Positions 9,335-20,143 of a stretch of DNA of 30,488 nucleotides are shown in pieces (the stretch's first letter is position 1; each line of letters opens with the position of its first letter). The notes under the pieces were generated by a model. That model saw only the letters and a program-made list of their open reading frames with translations, searched no databases and was not told where the DNA came from. This stretch comes from a virus (Duplodnaviria > Caudoviricetes): positions 1 through 30,488 of IMG/VR virus record IMGVR_UViG_3300008108_004664. One strand, 5' to 3'. A program made the position numbers and the translations under genes.

Positions 9335-9346
9335 ATTATAATTAGT
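9335..9346 (-). promoter_or_regulatory. Candidate late promoter ACTAATTATAAT
   Basis: Identical 12-mer in the 15805..15816 intergenic gap; TAATTA core 6 nt before the ATG at 9332. Confidence 0.5.
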
Positions 9347-9352
9347 GTAAAA

Positions 9353-11197
9353 TTATAAATAAAGAGGCATTTTATATATAGTTCCATTAACATCAACATC
9401 TATCCAAGAAACAGGATTTGTTGTGTTAATAGGTGCGGAAGATTCAAATTTATATTTTATTTTTCCATCTGTATGAATATCTCCTGTTGCAGATATTTGA
9501 TTAACAAACATATTTTGTGTTGTTATATTATCTGATATTATGTTAGATGTTAAAAATTCAGTTACACTAGCAGAAAGACCATTTAAAATGTTTAAATTTG
9601 TAATTGTAGTTATAGCACTAGTGTTTCCTATAAATGTGTCTGTGTTTAATAATGAATCAGTGTTTATATAAACAGAGTTACCTTTAATATATAATTCATT
9701 TTCATTATTGCCCAAAAATAAATGACCAGAAAAATCTTCATTATTTATATATGTATTTTTTTCTGTTCCATCATTTTCGTTATTAATTTGTAAGATAACT
9801 CCTTCTATTTTTGTAGAAGACTGATCTCCACCTAGATTTATATTTCCACCCGATAATGTTGTGATATTAATATTATTATTAGAATTTAAATTTAAATTAG
9901 AACTTTTTATATTAAATAGGAAGTCATCGTTCCCTAAATTTATTACGTCATCAATCAAGTTTATATTTTGAGCCTCAACTATTTGTAATATTTTATATTC
10001 AAAACTTGTTATTTGTGGATTTAAACTATTAACTTGTAATGCACTAACAACAACATTATTATTGAATAAAATATCTTGTATTGTTCCTGTTAATGAATCA
10101 TAATCTGTAAAATTTACATATATATAATCACTAGTTAATAAAGAATTTACAGAAAAAATATTTGAATTTATTTCGGTTTTATTAAAACTATTTCCTATAT
10201 ACACATTACCCACATTTTCGTTTGTATTAATATATGTATTATTAAAACCACCAGAATTTATGTTTATTTCGCCATCTATAAAATTAGCACCACTTATTAA
10301 ATTTGTTCCTATAATAACATTAGTAGAATTTTCATTTCCGATTGAAATATTATATAAATCTTCTGTGTTTGTATTTAAATAAATATTTCCAGATGAAGAA
10401 ATTTCTTTTGTGAACAGATACCCATTTATAAAAACCTCTGATTCAGAATTACCTATCACAGTACTAACACCCGAATACAAAGTATTTAAAGTTATATTAC
10501 CATTTATGTTAATATTTGAAGATGAATTTCCAAAATTTATCAAAGAATAATCTTTAGTACCTAAATTAACAAAGTCATTAACGTATAGATAATTCGTTTG
10601 TAAATTATTTGAACTAGCTGTTTCTATAAAAGAATTTGGTGAATATATTATTGAATTTGAACTAATATTTCCATTTACAGTAAATGCTTCATTTGGTTTT
10701 ATTGTTTTTACTCCGACATTTCCGGCCCTGACAGATTCACCATCAATATGTAAAGATATATCTGTTCCATCATAAAACTGAGCTATAGGGAAATCAAAAG
10801 GTTGTTGGACTGTTAAAACAACACCAGAAGCACCGCTTAAAAGCATGGATGAAGTTTTTATTACATCTGTTGATATAAAAAAAACACCACTTAATGCACT
10901 TAATGAACCATTTACCAAAACATTTCCATCAACATATAATTTATGTCCGGTATTTTCAAATATTTGACCAACATTTAAAAAATTTTGAATAATAGCTGAA
11001 TTTGCTACAGTTAAAGAATTTATTGAAGATTCTTGATTTTCTATATCAACATAGTTGAAAACTTCTTTTAATGTAGTTGCTCTTGTTTCAAATCCGGTAT
11101 TTTCATCTCCTATTACAATCGGAAAAAGATTGCTTGATAGAAGAGGTTGAACTGTTTGGTCTAAATGTCTAATTTCTATTGGTAAAAAATCACTCAT
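9353..11197 (-). CDS. Putative tail fibre with beta-helix-like repeats (614 aa)
   Basis: GNVGVKTIKPNEAFTVNGNISS fibre-type motif; recurring (I/F/L)GN units (LINFGNS, TVIGNS, ISIGNE, VYIGNS, INLGND, LFLGNN, TFIGNT); C-terminal WIDVDVNGTIYKMPLY. Confidence 0.65.
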   Translation of the reverse strand: MSDFLPIEIRHLDQTVQPLLSSNLFPIVIGDENTGFETRATTLKEVFNYVDIENQESSINSLTVANSAIIQNFLNVGQIFENTGHKLYVDGNVLVNGSLSALSGVFFISTDVIKTSSMLLSGASGVVLTVQQPFDFPIAQFYDGTDISLHIDGESVRAGNVGVKTIKPNEAFTVNGNISSNSIIYSPNSFIETASSNNLQTNYLYVNDFVNLGTKDYSLINFGNSSSNININGNITLNTLYSGVSTVIGNSESEVFINGYLFTKEISSSGNIYLNTNTEDLYNISIGNENSTNVIIGTNLISGANFIDGEININSGGFNNTYINTNENVGNVYIGNSFNKTEINSNIFSVNSLLTSDYIYVNFTDYDSLTGTIQDILFNNNVVVSALQVNSLNPQITSFEYKILQIVEAQNINLIDDVINLGNDDFLFNIKSSNLNLNSNNNINITTLSGGNINLGGDQSSTKIEGVILQINNENDGTEKNTYINNEDFSGHLFLGNNENELYIKGNSVYINTDSLLNTDTFIGNTSAITTITNLNILNGLSASVTEFLTSNIISDNITTQNMFVNQISATGDIHTDGKIKYKFESSAPINTTNPVSWIDVDVNGTIYKMPLYL

Positions 11198-14100
11198 ATT
11201 GTAAGCAAATAATTGTTTGGTGTTGATAATGCATTATAGGTTGAAATTGTTTCTGTTCCTGATGTAATTGTATTTATCTTAGAAATAAGAATTTCATATT
11301 CTGGTTTATCTTCATTTCCGATTGCTACTTGATAAACACTACCCCATAAATCTCTTTCACCAGTATATTCTGAAGAACTATAGTTACTGAATGTGTATGG
11401 AGTAATTTTGGTAGAAACCAAGGCAGATGCAGTCAATACTAAAGAACCTACCTCATAATCATCAACAGTTAGGGGAGTAAACGCATCACCAACATTTAGT
11501 ACAAATAAATCTATATACTCATTAGATGTTGCAGGAACAACAGTAGAAACTGTCCAATATAATGAACTTAATTCATAAACAACGCTTGATTCATTAAACT
11601 GTATTAAATTTGGTGCATTTACAGGGTCTACTTCTATTATTTGTTTAACTCTTAATGTTCGTTTTTGATCCAAATCAAATTTAGAAACATCTGGATAAAA
11701 TCTAAACTTAACAGGTTCATAATCATAAAGTCTAGGATTATAATTTACATAATTTCCTACAAGAAAACCTTCATCATCATACTCCCTAAGATGCGTTTTA
11801 GCTGTTATTGGGTAGTTGAAAACACTAATTTCTGTTGAACTTAATTCGTTTATTCCATAATATGTCACACCACCACTTGATGGAAAAAATCTATTAAAGG
11901 CTGTAACATAAACAGTCATTCCTCCTTCAGTATACATATCAGAATAACAAGGTAGTTTAAAATCATCAATTAAAATATCATTAGCATTCAGAGAATATTG
12001 TTCCGGCCCGTCTATTAATTGTTCATCTAAAAAAACTTGCTCTTCGTTTCCCACAGAAAAAATAATTTCAATTGGATCTTCTGGTTTTATATCTATAAGT
12101 TGAGTATCGGTTATAATAATATTAAATTCTTGACAAGATAATCTATTACCATATGTTTTTCCGGTTAAAAAGTATTGATATGTAGTATCGTAACCATCTA
12201 AAACTGTAACAAATTTTTCAGTTTTCTTTGACCACGATTCTCCTAAAGTATTAGATCTCCATTTAGGAACCCATATATGTTTAGGTATAGTAAAAATATC
12301 AGGATATGTTGTAAATTCTAATTCAGTTGTAATAACTATTTTAGCCTTTGTTTCGAAATCATAAAGATTATTCCAATTTAAAATTGATACATTTTCTGCT
12401 TTTAATGTTACATCTGTTTCAAAGTATGCTTCCTTTTGAATATTTTGTTCTAATAATTTATACTCAAAAGATGTTGTTTTATTCGTTGTTGTGTAAAAGC
12501 TTAATAAATTTGGGTTTGATACAATATTTATGGAACTAAAATTAGTTATATTAGTTTGATTATCAGAAACTATAATATTTTGACCAGACAACCAAAAATC
12601 AGCAATATATACAGTATAACTAGAAGTAAACAAATCTCCATCAATTGTTTCCTGAACATCTACAGAAGATGTATATAAATTATATTTATATAAATTATCT
12701 ATTTCTTGTAGAAAGAAATAATCACTTTCCGAAAATAATGCTGATGTATAAAAAGATGTACTAGTAATAAATAAAGATGTAGCTAATGGAGATAAATTTT
12801 CTACAGAAGATATTGATATTAGTGTTGATGTGAGTGCTGTTAATCTATCAAAATTTAAATATGAACAAAGTAAATCTACATCTGTTTGTGTTAAAATTGC
12901 AGAAGTTAATCCATTTATATATTCAAGGTTTTTATATTCGTTTTCCTCATAATAATATGAATTTAAATCTTTAAAAAGTATTGGATTGTATGATCCAGAT
13001 GAATCTGGAACTAATGTTATAGTTTCATTTATATAGTATGATGAATTTAATGCAGAAGCAGGTGAAACTTTTGTTTCAAAAATCCATTTCAAAGAAGATA
13101 TAGACGTATTTAATGAGTTTAAATTAGATGCATTAAATGCAAAATAATTTGTACCATTTGGTGGCCTTGTAAATGAATTCAAATTATCATTTGTATTTAA
13201 CAAAGGAACAGTTTCAAAATTTGGATAATATACTGAAATATTTGTACTAAATATTATAGGATTTGGATACGTATTTATTTGTATTGTTTTATTTCCATTA
13301 TAAATTTCACCTAAATCATATACTTCAACAGAAACATCAAAAGGTATTGATTCTTCTGTTAATGTATAATCCGTTTCTATCAAAAAATAAACACTGCTTA
13401 TTAAATTTGAGTTTGAAATTGAATTTTCTTCATATATAGGAAATTCAAAAATTTCATTAAAATAAAAAAAGTCTTCTAAACTATTAATTGTTAATTCTGG
13501 AGGAACTATTAGAGCAGTTACCGGGGTAATATCTTCTATATTATTATAAGACCATTTCCAGAAAAGATTTGATCCAGAATTAAGGTCATAAATTTTATTT
13601 AAAATAGGAACCTTACAATTTATTTTTAATAGTTTTATTTTATTGTTATTATCTATTTCTTCATGATCAATAAATATTTTATTTTCAATATATAAATCAA
13701 AATAATTAGCAGGTATTGTTATTGAATTTATATTTTCATATAAAACAGAAGATAAACTAACAATAAATTCTTTATTAGATACTCCTGTTATTTGTATTTG
13801 ATTTGTATAATCAAATGGATATTTTTCGTTTTTATTTAAAAAACTAAAAGGACCAATATCAACAGGAGTTACATTTTTTATTACAAAATCGTCGGTATTT
13901 TCACCTTGTATATTCCAAACTATTTCACTACCTATTAAATTTAAACCAAACCCAGAACTTTCGCTAGTTAATCTTGCTATCGATAAGGTTACACTAGAAA
14001 TATTTTGATTTAAAATGGTTATATTTGGAAGTAAAAATGAATTTCTTACAAAATAATTAGATCCAACATCAAAAGTTGTTGCCCAATAAGCATCAAAATC

Positions 14101-15795
14101 ACCTACTTTTGTTAAAACAGATGGTTTTATTGTTAAATTAGTACCACCCGAATCTAAGTCATATCTTATTCTTAGATATGTACCTGAAATAGCTGGAACA
14201 TATGGAGAATTTATTATATCATACTCTTGTATTACTGTACCATTTTCAGTATTAATTTGACTGTCTGAATAGAGAATAAATGCTTTAATTTTATTTTTAT
14301 TAAAAGTAGTTCTTTTATTTTCTATACTAAATTTAATATAGTCATTATGACCATAATCTTGTAAAGGAAGTTCTATTATATCATAATCAGAATATATACT
14401 TGTATATAAATCTATTTCAGCGAAATGTTCTCTAAAATCTTCACTTGTTAGATTATTAATATTTCTAATAACAGTTGATGATAAATAAAAATTTAAATTA
14501 TTAACATTTTCATAATTAAAAACATTGGACGAATCTTTATAAGAATTTTTAAATGAATAATAGTATGGAGGATATTTAGTGTGCCAACTTACATAATTAT
14601 TATGAGTTGAAACTAATATAGGCGAATTTAAATTAATAGAAAAAGAAGATGGACTAGATAATGAGCAAACACTTGACATTATTGTTTCATTATCTGATAT
14701 GAACGGTGCTTCTGCTATATATCGCAAAGAGATAGACGTATTAGGAATTCCTGATATTGGTGTAAACATATAATCAGGATAATTTAAATCCCTTTTTCCG
14801 AAATTTTGATAAATGAAAACTCCTGTATCAAAATTTAATATAGAACTTAAAACACAATTCGCAGAATTTTCTAAAGACAAATTACTATCTAAAGATGATT
14901 GAAGTAGTTGAAAGGTTAGTGTTTTGTTTATACTATTTTGGTCTAAAATGTATCCACTAATCAAAGAATTATCTGGATAACTTAAAAAATCATCATATTC
15001 TTCACCTATCTCTCTAATAGTGTTATCCGTAGAAAAATAATCTATAAATTTTATAAAATAAGATAATCTACAAGTGTCTGGTCTAATTTTACAACCATTT
15101 TTCTCTAATAGACTTCTATAAAAAATTGGATTATAATTATCTGTAAATTTTACAATTTGATTGTTTCCTCTGGTTATGTTTCCAGACAAACTATACATTA
15201 TATTTGTTATGTTAGAAGAACTAAATGATATAAAATTCTGTGGTGTTTTTGAAATAAATTCACTATGTCCTTGTTTTACCTTTTCACTATAAAAAGGATC
15301 TATAAATTGAAAATAATCAGAACTTAGTAAAACTGTTGATGTTTTAAGAACATATGATTTATTTCCATTGTCATTTAAAACCTCACAAGACGTTGGATAT
15401 AAAAACAATTGAGATGGGTATGAAACTAATCCGAAAAAAATATTCTCAGATGTTTGTAACATAATAGATCCTAAAATATTACCATAATTATTTTTTCTAA
15501 ATGCAGATGGATTCCAAGAAAATGTTAATATGTTAGATGTTAAATCGGCATTTAGTTCATAATCATTTTGAGTATAAACCAAAGGTTTATTAGAACTAAG
15601 ACCTATTAAATTTGTATTTAATCCAGCGGGATTGAACGTTATTTTTGTATATGTATTATCTTCGCAATAATAAGGAGAAAAAATAGAATGTATAGGAAGC
15701 AAAGAATATCTATAATCAACAACATCTCTATCTATAGTAAACAAATATCGTTCATTTGGCCATGTTCCTGATGTTGTTACGATGTATGGATTCAT
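11194..15795 (-). CDS. Very large acidic Ser/Thr/Asn-rich virion structural protein (1533 aa)
   Basis: 4.6 kb uninterrupted ORF in the baseplate operon; Ig-like strand motifs (EIVWNI, FWKWSY, LKWIF); no family recognised. Confidence 0.65.
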   Translation of the reverse strand: MNPYIVTTSGTWPNERYLFTIDRDVVDYRYSLLPIHSIFSPYYCEDNTYTKITFNPAGLNTNLIGLSSNKPLVYTQNDYELNADLTSNILTFSWNPSAFRKNNYGNILGSIMLQTSENIFFGLVSYPSQLFLYPTSCEVLNDNGNKSYVLKTSTVLLSSDYFQFIDPFYSEKVKQGHSEFISKTPQNFISFSSSNITNIMYSLSGNITRGNNQIVKFTDNYNPIFYRSLLEKNGCKIRPDTCRLSYFIKFIDYFSTDNTIREIGEEYDDFLSYPDNSLISGYILDQNSINKTLTFQLLQSSLDSNLSLENSANCVLSSILNFDTGVFIYQNFGKRDLNYPDYMFTPISGIPNTSISLRYIAEAPFISDNETIMSSVCSLSSPSSFSINLNSPILVSTHNNYVSWHTKYPPYYYSFKNSYKDSSNVFNYENVNNLNFYLSSTVIRNINNLTSEDFREHFAEIDLYTSIYSDYDIIELPLQDYGHNDYIKFSIENKRTTFNKNKIKAFILYSDSQINTENGTVIQEYDIINSPYVPAISGTYLRIRYDLDSGGTNLTIKPSVLTKVGDFDAYWATTFDVGSNYFVRNSFLLPNITILNQNISSVTLSIARLTSESSGFGLNLIGSEIVWNIQGENTDDFVIKNVTPVDIGPFSFLNKNEKYPFDYTNQIQITGVSNKEFIVSLSSVLYENINSITIPANYFDLYIENKIFIDHEEIDNNNKIKLLKINCKVPILNKIYDLNSGSNLFWKWSYNNIEDITPVTALIVPPELTINSLEDFFYFNEIFEFPIYEENSISNSNLISSVYFLIETDYTLTEESIPFDVSVEVYDLGEIYNGNKTIQINTYPNPIIFSTNISVYYPNFETVPLLNTNDNLNSFTRPPNGTNYFAFNASNLNSLNTSISSLKWIFETKVSPASALNSSYYINETITLVPDSSGSYNPILFKDLNSYYYEENEYKNLEYINGLTSAILTQTDVDLLCSYLNFDRLTALTSTLISISSVENLSPLATSLFITSTSFYTSALFSESDYFFLQEIDNLYKYNLYTSSVDVQETIDGDLFTSSYTVYIADFWLSGQNIIVSDNQTNITNFSSINIVSNPNLLSFYTTTNKTTSFEYKLLEQNIQKEAYFETDVTLKAENVSILNWNNLYDFETKAKIVITTELEFTTYPDIFTIPKHIWVPKWRSNTLGESWSKKTEKFVTVLDGYDTTYQYFLTGKTYGNRLSCQEFNIIITDTQLIDIKPEDPIEIIFSVGNEEQVFLDEQLIDGPEQYSLNANDILIDDFKLPCYSDMYTEGGMTVYVTAFNRFFPSSGGVTYYGINELSSTEISVFNYPITAKTHLREYDDEGFLVGNYVNYNPRLYDYEPVKFRFYPDVSKFDLDQKRTLRVKQIIEVDPVNAPNLIQFNESSVVYELSSLYWTVSTVVPATSNEYIDLFVLNVGDAFTPLTVDDYEVGSLVLTASALVSTKITPYTFSNYSSSEYTGERDLWGSVYQVAIGNEDKPEYEILISKINTITSGTETISTYNALSTPNNYLLTI

Positions 15796-15804
15796 TTATA
15801 TTAC

Positions 15805-15816
15805 ATTATAATTAGT
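15805..15816 (-). promoter_or_regulatory. Candidate late promoter ACTAATTATAAT
   Basis: Identical to 9335..9346; TAATTA core 13 nt before the ATG at 15795. Confidence 0.5.
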
Positions 15817-15826
15817 ATTATTAACC

Positions 15827-18800
15827 TTAAATTATACCCAATCCTTTTTGAAGTTCATAATTTATCATTCTCTCAAATATTCCATTAGTAGAATACCAAG
15901 TATTTTGATTAGAATTTACTTTAATTGTTGTTTGTGGATTATCCCAATCCACAAAATTTTCTACCCTATATTTCTCATCTAATTTTATAAATTGTTTATA
16001 TTTAATTGCTGATAATTTATTAACAATAAATGTATGTTTGTTGTAATCTTTAAATTGTTTTATTTCTATTAATTTTTCATCTAATATATATAAATCCGTT
16101 ATTGGTACAGAAAGAGCAGATGTCTCTATATAATAAAAAGCAGACGATAAGTTTACACTATAAGAAGAGTTAAAATTTAAAATTGTCTTTGTTTTTAAAT
16201 CTTCAATATGAATTGACCAATCTTTGAAACTTTCTGTAGAAAATTCATTAAATGATGTTATTGCATAATATATACTAGAAACTAAAGGGACTTCTATTTC
16301 ATTGACAAATAATTCTGCACTATTGCTATTAACTTTACTATAAAATGCAGTTAATTGTTGAGTGTTAAATGCAGATACGAATCTATTATTTGATATAGAA
16401 TAATCGTCAGATGTTGGTTTATATTCGTAAAATTCATAATCTACTCTCCATTCCTCCGATAACCCTATAGAAGTAGCTAATTGTGTTATAGAATATATAC
16501 TTTGGTTATCAATAAAGCCTGTACTTATTTTTCTGTATTTTTTATCTAAATTTTTATATCTTAAAACAATAGGAATACCAGCAGTTACTGTATAGGTTAA
16601 GCTATCTATTTTCTTTCCCCTATTTGATTGTTTTTCTTTTCCACAATATGAGCATATACCATATCCATACTCATTAGATTTAAATACATCACCACATCTA
16701 CACTTTACTCCCATTAATTTAAAAGGAGATATGGATGCATAATCAACAATTCTAGATATTCCTTCAGGAAATCTTAATTTGAAACTTTCGTCTTGAAAAT
16801 CTATTTTAGACATCATATCATATAAATGTTTTATATCACATGTATCTATATCTGAGGTATTATCAACAAAATTTGCTATTTTTGAAAACGTAGATACACC
16901 CAAATCATTTGGTTCATATGGATATGACCCAAAAATAGAACCGATAAATCCTTTTTTATTTGTTCTTGTTAATCTGATTTCGTTCAAATCATCGTATGAT
17001 TTTTTTATTTCGTCATTTAAATAACTTTCTAATTGTTCGTCTTTGCTAGAAGAATTAATAACGTTATTAAGTTCTTTTTCTAATTCTCTTATTTTTCTAT
17101 TTGCCTCGGAAGAAACTTCAGAAACAATTTCAGCATCATAAAATTTATTATTATATAAAAAAGGACTTTCTTTTAATGATCTCATAAAACTGAAATCATA
17201 CATATATTTTCCCATATCAAAATCTTCATTTTTTACAAACAATTTATTACTATTTTTATTTGAGAAAAGTATATTTTTACTTGTTCCTGTTACAGATCCT
17301 GTGGCGTTAGTTTCAGTTGAGTATGTGTATTTGTAACACCATTTCCACCCATTTAAATCACCGTTTGCTTTTAATGATTTTGAAAAATTTGAATATTTTA
17401 TATCATAAGGAACTATTATTTGTCCCTCGGAATCTATGTTATATTCTATATTAGTTGGATTTATATAAAAAAACGATTCTTGTTTTAAATTTGAAGTGTT
17501 TAAAACATGAACTTTATTCTCAAGAGAATTTAAGACATATATTCTTTCATTTATATTGTAAGTTATACCATCTATTATTGATTTATTTTTGGTATCATTA
17601 GTTTTATTGGTTTTTATTTCAAATTCTTTTAATATGGAATATTTAGAAGATATTTTAGTTATTTTACTATAAGAATGATTAAAATATAAATTTCCCATTT
17701 TATCTAAAATCATGTGCTTTAGATAAGGATATATTGGAAGTTTTTTAATTAAATTAAAATTTGTTGTGTTCAAAACTTCTATAAAAGAATTATTTGTGTA
17801 TATATTTTTTAAATTCTTATCAAGATGACCATGATTAATAACGTATATTTTATTTTCAGGTGAAACTAATATATTTCCTAAAAATATATTATTATATTGT
17901 TTTACTAATAATTGAGTTTTTAACTTATTATCATACTTTAATAAAACACTTTTTTTGATTTCATTTTTATATATACCACTAATATATAAATTATTATCTT
18001 TATCGGTATCTATACAAATAGGTATGATATTATTTAATTTTAATATACCAATTAAATTTCCATTATCATTAAATTTTAAAATTGTTCCAGCATTAGACAA
18101 CCCAACAAATAAATTTAAATCTCCATCAACAACCAAATTATCAGGAGTATATTTTATTAAATTTGGTATGTCTAAATTTATTGTTTTTAGATCTATTGTT
18201 TTGTAAATTTTACCATCAGAAGTTATTCTATAGATTTTATCCAACTCAACATCTGAAACCCAGGCATGATAAGTTGGAAAATTTAAACAAGCAACAGAAT
18301 GAAGTCCAGTTAAACTTTTTTTGTTATCATAATTACTAGATATATGAGGATATGTTTTTATATCTGTTTTGATATTCCATAATACGACAGTATCCATGTT
18401 TGGATTTTTCTTAACACTTCCCTTTATCGGAATTCTATTTTGTGAAAACAAATCATTATAAGAATCTAGTGTATTGTTATAAAAATATTGAGGAGAATCT
18501 ATGATAGAATTATTAGTAAAAACATATTGTGCAATATTAACTTCACCATTTGTTGGATTTAATAACCATAAAATTGAATTATAATTGTTAGCTTCAAGAT
18601 TTGGTTTATTAAAAGTAATAGATGCTGATAAATTAATAGTACTAGCATTTTTTTGTTCGTAGGTAGATTTATAATAACCTCCTGTTAAAAAATTATTAGA
18701 ATCTTTATATTTTATAAAAGGAACTTCTTTCGGTTTTAAAAAAGAACTGACCGGTAAAAAGTTATTAGAAAAAATAAGATTTAAAGGTATTTCTTCTTCC

Positions 18801-20137
18801 TTAGATATAGGTATATAATGTGCAAACCCACCATTTCTATCTGCTAATTTTATAGATGCTTCTGTATTATGTGGATCTTTTACTTCAGGGTTTAAGTATC
18901 CAACACTTGCAATAAAAGGAATATCTGAACCGTCCCATTGAATAGTTGGTATAGGATTAACTCCATTTCTTGTAAATTTTATAGTTTCTGGTTCTCGCCA
19001 TAATGTTACATAAGGAACATATGTTTGCGCTGTATTATTTGCATGACTAGGATGAGGACCATCAATATTTGTTTTTGCTTGATTATCTATAACATTAGCA
19101 CTTCTCAAAGTAGCCCATAAAATAGTATATTGTTCATTATTGATAACTTGATCTTGATTATACCAATCATCAACAAAATAAAACTTTGCTCTACCTCTTG
19201 TTCCTACTGTTATACCAGCTTTATATTCCTCTGAATATAGAATTGATACACTTCCATCTGTCATGGGAAGTTCTACTTTTATATTCTTTATTTCTTCACC
19301 ATATTCATTTACTTTAATCGCATCTATATCCTTTATTACTTTTACTTCTTTTATTACGTCTAATGAATTATTTAAAAATCTCCATTCTGGCCTTAGAAAG
19401 GAATATTTTGTAGGTACATCAAGAGGGGGAAGAGATCTTGAAAATTGGGCATATAAATCAATATATCTATCATTACTTGTAATAGAATATGTAACTTCCA
19501 ATTCAAAAGGAAATCTATTTAAATGTCCTGCGTATGTCGGTGGTGGTACTTTTGAAAACCTTATAGAGTCGTTTATATATTCCTCAACAATTATTATTTC
19601 AGAATATTCATATTTTATATTTGCATTTGTATATGCAACCATTTCAACTTTAAAAACACCAGCAGAATCAAAAGTAGCTCCTGACACTATTGATTTATTT
19701 GACAATACACCATTACCAAAGTTCCATTGGATATACTTTAAATTTGTTGCATCAATACCAAAAATATCAGAATTAGGAGTGAATGTAAATTTTGTTACTC
19801 TTGAATAATTTTTATCACTTTCGTTTCTAACTGTTCTTGTTATTAAAAACTTTTTATCAGGAGTTTTTTTTACATTAATGTTTATATATTCAATTTTATT
19901 TAAAGATTTATTTCCTTTTTTATAATAAATGGTAGCTTTTACTTTGTATTTTTTTGCTTCTTTAAAAATCTTTGTAGTTGTGATTGTTTTTACATTATTT
20001 TGCGTATTATCCCCCCAAACATAATTTACACTTACAAAAACAGATCCATCGGAAAAATTATCAACTGCAAATGTAAATACAGTATCGTTTATAAAACCTT
20101 CATTTGGTAGTAATGAATTTGAAGTTACTGTAACCAT
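15827..20137 (-). CDS. Baseplate wedge protein, gp7-like, with PKD domains and beta-propeller (1436 aa)
   Basis: Directly follows the gp6-like gene; PKD motifs (YVWGDN, QWNFGNG); propeller blades (WVSDVELDKIYRI, VVDGDLNLFVG, DTDKDNNLYIS); C-terminal IANFVDNTSDIDTCDIKHLYDM recalls the gp7/P2 gpI-type region. Confidence 0.6.
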   Translation of the reverse strand: MVTVTSNSLLPNEGFINDTVFTFAVDNFSDGSVFVSVNYVWGDNTQNNVKTITTTKIFKEAKKYKVKATIYYKKGNKSLNKIEYININVKKTPDKKFLITRTVRNESDKNYSRVTKFTFTPNSDIFGIDATNLKYIQWNFGNGVLSNKSIVSGATFDSAGVFKVEMVAYTNANIKYEYSEIIIVEEYINDSIRFSKVPPPTYAGHLNRFPFELEVTYSITSNDRYIDLYAQFSRSLPPLDVPTKYSFLRPEWRFLNNSLDVIKEVKVIKDIDAIKVNEYGEEIKNIKVELPMTDGSVSILYSEEYKAGITVGTRGRAKFYFVDDWYNQDQVINNEQYTILWATLRSANVIDNQAKTNIDGPHPSHANNTAQTYVPYVTLWREPETIKFTRNGVNPIPTIQWDGSDIPFIASVGYLNPEVKDPHNTEASIKLADRNGGFAHYIPISKEEEIPLNLIFSNNFLPVSSFLKPKEVPFIKYKDSNNFLTGGYYKSTYEQKNASTINLSASITFNKPNLEANNYNSILWLLNPTNGEVNIAQYVFTNNSIIDSPQYFYNNTLDSYNDLFSQNRIPIKGSVKKNPNMDTVVLWNIKTDIKTYPHISSNYDNKKSLTGLHSVACLNFPTYHAWVSDVELDKIYRITSDGKIYKTIDLKTINLDIPNLIKYTPDNLVVDGDLNLFVGLSNAGTILKFNDNGNLIGILKLNNIIPICIDTDKDNNLYISGIYKNEIKKSVLLKYDNKLKTQLLVKQYNNIFLGNILVSPENKIYVINHGHLDKNLKNIYTNNSFIEVLNTTNFNLIKKLPIYPYLKHMILDKMGNLYFNHSYSKITKISSKYSILKEFEIKTNKTNDTKNKSIIDGITYNINERIYVLNSLENKVHVLNTSNLKQESFFYINPTNIEYNIDSEGQIIVPYDIKYSNFSKSLKANGDLNGWKWCYKYTYSTETNATGSVTGTSKNILFSNKNSNKLFVKNEDFDMGKYMYDFSFMRSLKESPFLYNNKFYDAEIVSEVSSEANRKIRELEKELNNVINSSSKDEQLESYLNDEIKKSYDDLNEIRLTRTNKKGFIGSIFGSYPYEPNDLGVSTFSKIANFVDNTSDIDTCDIKHLYDMMSKIDFQDESFKLRFPEGISRIVDYASISPFKLMGVKCRCGDVFKSNEYGYGICSYCGKEKQSNRGKKIDSLTYTVTAGIPIVLRYKNLDKKYRKISTGFIDNQSIYSITQLATSIGLSEEWRVDYEFYEYKPTSDDYSISNNRFVSAFNTQQLTAFYSKVNSNSAELFVNEIEVPLVSSIYYAITSFNEFSTESFKDWSIHIEDLKTKTILNFNSSYSVNLSSAFYYIETSALSVPITDLYILDEKLIEIKQFKDYNKHTFIVNKLSAIKYKQFIKLDEKYRVENFVDWDNPQTTIKVNSNQNTWYSTNGIFERMINYELQKGLGII

Positions 20138-20143
20138 ATAAAA

